A DNA stretch of 64,000 bases from Neovahlkampfia damariscottae (taxonomy: Eukaryota). The DNA is taken from positions 1 to 64,000 of the forward strand of contig JABLTG010000118.1 of assembly GCA_016618085.1 (NCBI GenBank). The letters run 5' to 3'. The notes beneath the pieces were generated by a model. That model saw only the letters and a program-made list of their open reading frames with translations. It did no database searches and had not been told where the DNA came from. Shown here piece by piece: positions 60,985 through 64,000 of this stretch. The stretch's first letter is position 1, and the number at the start of each line of letters is the position of its first letter. The position numbers and the translations under genes are program-made.

Positions 60985-63900
60985 TTATTTATTTATAAAA
61001 ATTTCTTCAATTTCTTGTTCATCTTCGATTATTAGATTTTTTTTTACGACATTAACGAATTGAGGATAAATTTTTTCTTCTAATTGAAAAAGAACATCCT
61101 TTTGAATTGTTCTAAATATATTTTTGTCTGAATTCTTAATTTTTTCTTTTATATACAAAGCAACTTCCGAATCAATTTTTATAGATTGATGAGAAGATGA
61201 TCCAAAATAATTTTCATATATTTCTGTTGCTTCTCTTATCAAGTCATCTTTATCTAATTTTGAAGTTCGATATTTTTCAGAGTCAATCCAAAAATTATAA
61301 AAACCATCTGCTTTACATTTTTTACAAAATTTTTGAAATTCAACGTTCTTATTTTTCAATAAATGAATAATACTTCCAATTGAAGAATTTCCTTTAAATA
61401 ATTCTAATTCTGTTTTTAATATCTGTTCATCAATATTTTTTTGATTTAAACGATCAGTAAAATATAAAACTTGTTCTCTCATTGTTCTTTCCATTTCTTC
61501 ATATTGTCTAATTTTAAAATCTAATGATTTAAAATTTTCATTTAATTTCAAATATAAGTCTTGAAAATATTCATCTAAATCAGCTTTTGTTGAATTAAAA
61601 AGATCATTTACACCACTTTTAAAGACTCTTTTTAAAAATTCATCATTTGAATTTGTTATAATCTCTTTAAATTCAACATAAAAACAAGCATCTTTAAAAA
61701 CTAAAGGTGATAATTTATGATGTATAATCTCAATTGGTATTGGTTTATCTTCTGATGTAAATATGATAGAATATATTTTCTTTTCTAAAACATTACTCTT
61801 TTCAGTTTTATTATATGTTTTTACAAATGATTCATGTAAAAATGTGAATGGTGGATTCATTAACATTTTAATTGATTTACCAATCATTTCAATCTTTTTA
61901 ATTTGAAATAATTTTTCAGCTTTATCATTCATTTCAACAATAATACCTTGTTGATTTGATGCAACTGCTGGTTCAAATACATTAAATAATGGACTAACAT
62001 TTCTTCTTTGAATATCTTCAATAACTATTGTTAAATCATTTATCCATTTCTCAAATGCTTCTTCTGTTTTTGTATCAAATAAAAATTCAGAGTTTCCGTT
62101 TACAATTTTAAATGAAAATGGTTTTTCTTGATTTTTTAAAGAAATTACTTCAGTTTTATCTGATAAATGTATCATTTGTAATGTATTAGTTGATTGTTTA
62201 GTTTTTCTTTTCACCAATGAGTTTAATTTAATTTCAAAATAATATTTTTTCCAAACATTTTTTGTAGAATGTAAATAATAAAGATATCCTTCATTATACG
62301 TTACTTCTTCCATTGATCTCATTGATTTAGCGAATACTGGATTCTTTTTTAAATTTTTAGTTTTGGTCATTATAGAAGATGTTCTTTTATACGATATTGA
62401 TGGATCAGTTAATGAATTCTTTCTGGAATCAAGAACTGACATTTGTCTAACAATTGCATTTTGATTAAATACTCTAACTGATTTTCTTTTCATTGAAGAA
62501 TATCTTTTAGGTTTTTCTTTTGATTTTGATTCTTCGGATAATTTTTTTAATGCATTCTTTGAATAATCTTTAATTCTATTTTCACTAAAATTTGCTTCAA
62601 TCTCAAGTTGATTTAAATTTGGTAATGAGTGTCTTCTTGGTAAAATAATATAAATATCATCTAAACTTTCAAAATGATATGATCTTCTAAAGTTAATCAC
62701 ATAATCAGAATCAGTGAATGTTTCTTCAATTTCATCTTTATTATCAGTTTTTTCAGTTGGTGTATTTTCGTCTGTATTATCATCAGTTAAATCTTCATTC
62801 ATTCTATTAAATCTGAATGAATTAGTTCCATTAGATACTAATGATCGATCTGATCCTTTTTTTGGTAAAGAATAATTTTCAAGATTTGGAATAGATGGTC
62901 TACGTGAATTATTTTCAATACTTGCAGATGATGATTTTCTTCCTTCAGTTGAAATTGAAGGTCTTCTACCTCCATTCTCCATTGAATTTGTAGATGATTT
63001 TCTACCATTCGTAATATATGATCCTCTTTTTTTAACTACTGTTTGATATTTTAAATCTGTTTCAAAATGATTTTTTGTAACATCTGGTGATTTGACTGTT
63101 GGTAACACTTTTTCTGATGTTTGTTTTTCAAACATTTTTAATTTCTCTTCAACTTTAGTTGATGTTCTTGTATTTGACAATGATGAAGTATTAATTATTC
63201 TCATTGAATTTGATTTATAATAACATTCTGTTTTATATAAAAAAATTGAAATAATTTCATCCAAAGAAGCGGATAAATAATTATCAACACAACTTTCATC
63301 AAAAAATAAAACTTGATATGGTATAAACTCATCTTGAATTGACTGTTCATTTGAAAATCCTGATATTAATTTCATATGAAGATATTGATTTGCCAATCTC
63401 AAAGAGGTCTTTCGACAAATTCTGAAATTCTTTGATATCCAAGTTATAAGTTGTGATCCTATGAAAGCATCTTGATATATTTTATCTTGAAAAACTCTTT
63501 CTGTAATTTCAATTTCTTTTTGAAAATTTTCATAAAATTCTTTGATTTTTTTTTTTGAATAAGAACAATATATCGCAATTTTGCATTCATTATATCTTTC
63601 AATAATATTCTCTAATCTATTTTCTGTCACTTTTTTTGAAAATTTAAAATACAAATCCTTTTTGTCTTCAAAATTTATTTCTTTTTGTTCAATATGTTTT
63701 ATTACACCTATTTTTTTTTTGAAAATTAAATAAATTTGAAAAATAAACCTATTATTTTAAACAACTGTAGAAATGTTGAACAAGACTCACGACTTGAATT
63801 TGTACATTTCTTCAAAAAATTACTGGACTGAAAAATAAAAAATAAAAATGAAACCAAAAATACCTGTAACCAATTTATGGCATCCTGACAATTGAAGCAC

Positions 63901-64000
63901 ACATATTTTTTAAAAGCTACAAAGTTGAACTTTTTCTTTAACGGAACACCGTTGGTTTTTGAAGAAAATGATGTAATTATATTCTCCAACTATAAAATAG
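60985..64000 (-). CDS. DEP-DEP-PH-PAS-RGS signalling protein (5' end outside window)
   Basis: Two DEP motifs (CFNCQDAINWL; AFIGSQLITWI), PH (EGYL..WKKYYF..KWINDL), PAS (GIIVEMNDKAEKLF..EMIGKSI), RGS (FQKFC..NFWIDSEKYR..IYENYF). Confidence 0.75.

Overview
This is a gene-dense, very AT-rich eukaryotic (protist) nuclear segment that uses the standard genetic code. About 38 genes are split by tiny GT-AG introns (28-40 nt), so many ORFs in the track are exons. Gene content (GP63, DEP/PAS/RGS proteins, soluble HMG-CoA reductase, formin, divergent actin) suggests a free-living amoeba, possibly heterolobosean; this is inference only. All domain calls come from reading motifs by eye, and novelty is untested without database searches. 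Housekeeping genes include ACSF2, HMGR, 5-oxoprolinase, XRN, METTL6-like, PLD, DNAJC3, CNNM and frataxin. Main observations after manual splicing: (1) two tandem secreted polyprotein genes built from a strict C-x3-C-x16-C-x5-C-x11-C-x3-C module, a candidate antimicrobial/pore-forming peptide arsenal; (2) three unrelated adaptors (SPRY, WD40, Kelch) ending in the same L-x-N-x-x-F-x-D-[VF]-x-F tail, resembling the first strand of BTB; (3) a VPS9-NmrA-DEP-AIFM2/FSP1 fusion; (4) a 3xWWE-inactive UBE2Q-UFD1-zinc finger protein; (5) a MADS/SRF-like protein lacking DNA-binding basic residues; (6) a signal-anchored ankyrin-sirtuin; (7) a CCAAT box next to almost every start codon; (8) a 4-nt microexon. 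No rRNA, tRNA, CRISPR or transposon was recognised. There is one 98-N assembly gap.
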